DNA of 62,758 nucleotides from Perkinsus olseni (Eukaryota): NCBI GenBank assembly GCA_013115125.1, contig JABANN010000021.1, positions 62,001 to 124,758 of the forward strand, read 5' to 3'. Shown piece by piece: positions 57,501 to 62,758 of this stretch (position 1 is its first letter; each line of letters starts with the position of its first letter). The notes under the pieces were generated by a model. It saw only the letters and a program-made list of their open reading frames with translations, ran no database searches and was not told where the DNA came from. The position numbers and the translations under genes were made by a program.

Positions 57501-60500
57501 CAATTCTCGTCCTTCTGTCATTTCGTGCCCTCCTTTCTCGAGACTGTCCCATCGCTACTGTAAATTTTCTTGATGCTTGATGCCGTTTACTTTGATATCT
57601 CTCATTAGACTCACTTTCCATGTTCTTGACGAGTATCTCTATGTGCATGCGTGCTAGGTGTGAAGCCCTGGAGGAGGGTAGTCGGCTGTACTACGCCGAG
57701 CATGATGTCAATGGCATGATTGAGGTCCTCAAGCCGTTACACGAGATGATGCTGCAGGGGCCTCAAACTCTCAGGTCGGTTCTTGTTGCGCACAGCGAAG
57801 ATTCTCCATTGTAGCGTATCCTTGTCGTCAGAGAGACCTCCTTCACCCAAGCCTTCGGTCGAGATCTTCGGGAGGCTTTGAAGTGGATCCATGCCTACGA
57901 ACGGGAGGAGGCCCGGCGACAGCAGGAGGATGTCGACTTTTGCGCTGAGGGGGAGTCCGCGAGATCCGATGACAAGCGATTGGACCTAATCGATCAAGCT
58001 TGGCAGATCTATTATAAGGTGTTCCAGAAGATTCACAAACAAGTAAGAACAAGCAATTTATGCTACAACTACACCTGTAACCGCTCTTTCTCTCTTTTCG
58101 AGGGTTTCCGCAATTTTCCGTATAGAATACTTGCGCGGTCGAGTAACGCTCGCCCCGCCTGTCAGGTTCAAACCCTTTCCCATCTCGATCTGCAGTACGT
58201 GTCCCCTCTACTACTCAACGCTCGGAATCTCGAGCTGGCAGTCCCCGGGACCTACACGCCGGAGCGAGAAGAAGCCGGCGATCTGATCACGATATCCTAC
58301 TTTAGTCCCAGCATTGATGTGAGGAAAATTGGGCGGAGCGAAGCGTTACGGAAATTTTTTCTTCTTTTTGTATCAGATAATTGCAAGTAAACAGAAACCG
58401 CGAATTATTCATATGAGAGGATCTGATGGTCGAAGCTACAAGTTCGTTCTCAAGGTTCGAGCCAGAAAGATACTTGAAGATTTGTGACGATTGTTCATGC
58501 AGGGCCATGAAGATCTGAAGCAAGACGAGCGAGTCATGCAGCTGTTCGGACTTATCAACAGCCTGGTGGCGGGGCAGGCTTCCAAGTCGACCAAATTAGG
58601 GGATAACGCTACGGGTGAGAGAATCTTCGCTGTGCGCGCAGGAAGATATCTCTCTTGCAGTATCTCGTATTGGTGTCCCGAACGCCGCGTCTCCGACGTA
58701 TCAGCAGATCTACAGCGGAGGGAAATTGGCATCCAATGTTAACCAAGTTTTCAACTCCCTCAGGGTGAGTGACGAAAGGAGATGAAATCGATCACCTGAT
58801 CGATTTCAGATTCAAACCTATGCAGTAGTGCCGTTATCGAACAACTCCGGGTTAATCGAATGGGTGCCCGGCTCTGATACGATCCATAAGCTCATCAAGG
58901 ACTACCGGGATGCCAACAACATCCCTCTTAGTGTTGAGTAGGTCGGGTAGCGAGATCCCTCCACGATGGTGCGTGCAAGTCCTTAGCTTACAGGCTGCAA
59001 CTTGTAGCTGATGGAGACTGATGTCTGGGTTTTATCGATTATCACAAAATCTGCTTTTGGAATATGCACACTATTTCGGTTCATCTCGAGTCTGCTACCT
59101 TCAGGTACTCTCTCATGAAGGGGATGTACGGTCGTTGCGAAGAACTGTCATTGCTTCAAAAGGTTGAGGTCCTTCGATATGCTCTGGATAACACCTCTGT
59201 AAGTTGCCCTCCCCGCTGACGATGATCTAGCAAGCAGCACCTCTCAGGGTGATGACCTCGAGCGCGTGATGTGGTTACAGAGCCGTAACAGCGAGGTTTG
59301 GCTGAGACGTCGCGGTAACTACTCTCGGAGCCTCGCAGTCATGTCCGTTGTCGGGTGAGAAGACTGACGGGTCGAAGCCGACGGCTGGGAGCCATCGCCA
59401 ACGTATACGGAAACCTCTGGGTCTTTCTAGAGTTCAGCGATGCGCGAGCGGCTCAGGATTTTGCGGTCGAGTCACGCAATCCTAGGCCGGAGAAACGCTG
59501 ATGTACACGTCCGAGGCAGCCGTCATCCGCACGCGGGCTGCAGTCCGACCACGGGATTGTAGAGGAGGCAGCCTCAATCTCGAGTGGTCGGAGAAGCAAT
59601 TGAGTCGTTGTTTGTTGGAGCTAATCACCTGATACGTCGCCTCAGCGTAGTGTGTCCATGATAGCGTGGATTGGCATGTTTCGCGGGCACTCGGTAAATC
59701 AGTGAATTCTCAACCGGTATTTTATAGTTATTTCTGAGCGTCGCCAGCTTCTTTGTCTTCGTTCAGGTACGTTCTTGGGTTGGGAGACAGGCACCCGTCG
59801 AATATCATGATCGAGCAGGACACGGGTAAAGTGGTCCACATCGATTTCGGCGACTGTTTCGAAGTAGCGATGCTGAGGTAGGTATCTTGAGGTCGAGCGT
59901 GCGACAAGTAGAAAAGGTTGCATGTGTGCTTGTATTTAGGGAAAGATTCCCCGAGAAGATTCCATTCCGACTGACCCGGATGTTAGTAAATGCGTTGGAA
60001 GTCTCGGGAGTTGAGGGCTCCTTCAGACGAACCTGCGAGAAAATGGTGACCAAAGTCACGCGCCGCGAAATTCGAAAAAACCTCGCCTCAGATGCAATTA
60101 TTGCGTACCAACAAAGACGCCGTCATGGCCATGCTCGAGGCCTTCGTTTTCGACCCCCTCATCACCTGGCGCCTCATGCCCACCAGGTCAGTGACCTCTC
60201 ACGACGATCCGTCTTATGAAGGAGATCCTCAGGCCATTCGAGAGCGGGACTCCGAAGAAGACCACTGTGGCCGAGGGGCCAGCAGCAGCAGGAGCACGCC
60301 GGCCTTCCAACACAACAGCGGAAGGTGACATTTCCTGTTCGTTACGAGCGGTGCCATTTTCGTGGGAACTCAGGCAACGTCTCCCCTACTGCGAGTGACG
60401 ACCATCGCGATACAAATTCCCAGCCGGGAGAGGTGAGATGGCTGTTCGGGAGAATGGCTGTTTGACCTCCTGTCTTGCATGCGATATATCAGACTGCCGA

Positions 60501-60978
60501 CGTGACTGGTGATGGTAAACGGAAAGGTCGACGAGATGCCAAGATCGAAAATTACGCGGATCCAGTTCCTCGACCTCTACAGAAGTTCGACGTTGGCGGA
60601 GTTGCAGGTGAGTTGCGACTTCTCCTCTCGAAATTTCTGCGATCGTGCCCATTGGTCAGGCCAAGGGGATCCCCACCTAGCATCAGTGAGAATAAAAGTG
60701 GCCCGGCAAAGAGAGCTCCGCCATGTGTTGGGTCCTGAAGGGCTGCTTGCTAATCAAGAGGAGCTGCAGCATCATGCCCGAGTCATTGTTGACCGGGTCC
60801 TCACAAAACTCACGGGGACTGATTTTAACCACGGACAGTAGGCAAGTGTCGCTATTCGCGTGTTAGTGGAGTTGTCAGGTACATGTCGGTGGAGGCACAG
60901 GTCGAGCGGCTGATAGAAGAGGCGACTTCCTATGAGAATCTGTCTCAGTGTTATGTTGGTTGGTGTGCCTTCTGGTGA
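45459..60978 (+). CDS. TOR: Target of rapamycin (TOR) PIKK kinase, many exons
   Basis: HEAT repeats (ALNDE...[12 protein letters not shown]...[11 protein letters not shown]). FAT (ESWYEKLQ...W; GESYTRAY). FRB ([14 protein letters not shown]). Kinase [63 protein letters not shown] ends at 60978. The start is tentative. Confidence 0.93.
45465..45500 (+). repeat. (AGC)12 microsatellite, poly-Ser if the 45459 start is real
   Basis: Perfect trinucleotide run after ATGAAC. Confidence 0.9.
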
Positions 60979-62597
60979 TTACCATTGTCATCTTGCATTC
61001 TATATTACTTCGGTTTCGACTGCTTCAACGTCTATGGTTTGATTAGTCAATAAACGCGGAACGGCATTGGTACACGACCGCCGACGATGATAAACCATTT
61101 CAAGACTCACCTCGGAAAATCCCAAGACCAATTTAATGAAGCCCAGGCCGAAATAGTGGGAACCGAGACCAATTCTACCGTACAAGAGACCGACAAAATT
61201 CACGCGGGGATGGCCTGAAAATATTGGAGTGAGTAGGTCACCGTAAATTCAACGATCGTCAGCAGCCGGAAGACTATTGGCGGCTAGGTTGCTAGCGTGG
61301 GCATTGGAATATAGCCTCACCCGACTGGCATACATCTCGTAGCCCAGCAGCGAGGCTACAGTGAAGCTGCACTCTTTTGCGTGTTGAGCGGTTCTGCGCG
61401 ATGCGTTTCCCGCGAAAAACGCGATATTTCGTATTAGTGCGATAACACTTCGCGACTTAATGCATCGTGAAACGCAATAACGCGGAGAACGCTAACGAGA
61501 TCACGCGTCGTGACGTACTTACCGTCCAACTCTGAGTGTTAAAAGCGCGTAAAACATCTGCACTGTGACTATGTTGTCACAACATAGTCACAAGTTAGTC
61601 ACAACTATAGTGTACGCTATGTAACAGCTACAGCCCGGTTTAGTACTACTTAGCTTCAAGACCGGCATATCATTAGTATCAGATAATCGTCTGATCTTAT
61701 TATGAGCTTTGCTCTCGCGTGCATTGGGGTACGTGCTACACTAAGCTCAGCTCGGTACGCCATCGATCACATTATTGCTCAACTGCCCTCAAGTCCAAGT
61801 TCATCTTTCTCTGAGCCCCGTCTCAAATAGCCATATTGTACTGAGTTATAGAGCACACCACAATCCGAGTATTCCCCATCAAATAAGAATCAACGTCATG
61901 AAAACAAGCAACAGGAGTGAGCGTACGCAAAACTGGGAATAAGCGCCCGAGTGTACTCCGCGAATTTCGGCTCACTTTGATACCCCTCACCTCAGCAGTC
62001 TGGCGACTGGAGGCTTAGTTACTAGCATTCACATCGTTTTCATCATTTTTAACGCTTGTTGTGTAGTCAGGTGTGTTACGCGTTATATCAACGTGTGACG
62101 GATGGCGGTACGTGTAGTACGTGAGCGTTTCCCGCGTTCTGGCCTCTAAAATCATCCACTCCGCGTTTCGTTATGCGTTCAGCGCCAGTGTTTACGCAGC
62201 ACGGATGAAACTCCGAAGTTTTGACGTCATTGGATGATCGTACTGTACCTCGTACCGAGCTCAACAATCCTAAGGGCGATCTCTAGAAGAGCTCCTAGGA
62301 CTCCCTCGTCTCATGCGTTCGCAGCGTTGCCCTCTAGGATAACTCACTACAGTGTGGCTATTCAAGAAAGAACTCAGAGAAAGTTGAAATTGGACTCGAG
62401 GGGAGCTAAGCGATCTATAGCTCACTGAGTTAAGCCTAATGTAGCAGGTGTAGCCATGCAGGCGAGTGCAAGGCGTAAAATGATATGAGATACTGGTGGT
62501 TAGTAAGCACTACAGATGGTTGCCACTATAGTGCACCCTTGTGTTTTGAAGTTTTTTTGCAGTAACCTGCCCTAGCTGAACAACGCTGTAAAAAGGT

Positions 62598-62680
62598 CTG
62601 ATGATTTCGGAGACGTGAATCCAGGTCAAACCTTGTCCGTGTTCTTGAAAGTGATTTAGGGAAAGAGTTATGATTACTGA
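62598..62680 (+). ncRNA. Weak box C/D snoRNA candidate (U18-like guide)
   Basis: TGATGA at 62599, GTCCGTGTT (complementary to LSU AACACGGAC) before TTGA, terminal CTGA 62677-62680. C box is imperfect. Confidence 0.25.
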
Positions 62681-62758
62681 TTTGTATGACGAACTACACG
62701 AAGCCCGCGCAGTGTAGAGTGGTGCAAATACGGAGACGAAGCAAGCGCTCGCCTGCGG

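Overview
Intron-rich eukaryotic genomic DNA. The many 40-60 nt introns, the gene set and the mostly co-oriented genes suggest an alveolate such as Perkinsus (inference). Genes from left to right: MATE transporter; two or three minus-strand hypothetical genes; an intronless SPX + SLC13/TrkA-C transporter; ERD2-like receptor; a secretory JmjC + EF-hand protein ending in DDEL; ribosomal protein P2 with two intronic C/D snoRNAs; three tandem phytase-like surface-protein genes. The third phytase-like gene carries a complete, young BEL/Pao-type LTR retrotransposon in an intron (4-bp TSD, no canonical tRNA PBS, C-terminal Tudor-like domain). Then follow a MULE-like MITE, a RING-H2 ligase, secreted hypothetical genes, a decayed LINE-type RT and a ~15.5 kb TOR kinase gene. 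The most striking unexplained signal is that at least 13 introns, most of them very short, carry tRNA 3'-half / B-box-like sequences in either orientation, many followed by a TTTT tract. Six other TOR introns share a GCGGAGCGAAG(C) motif. All calls were made by eye, and exon boundaries and some starts are approximate.
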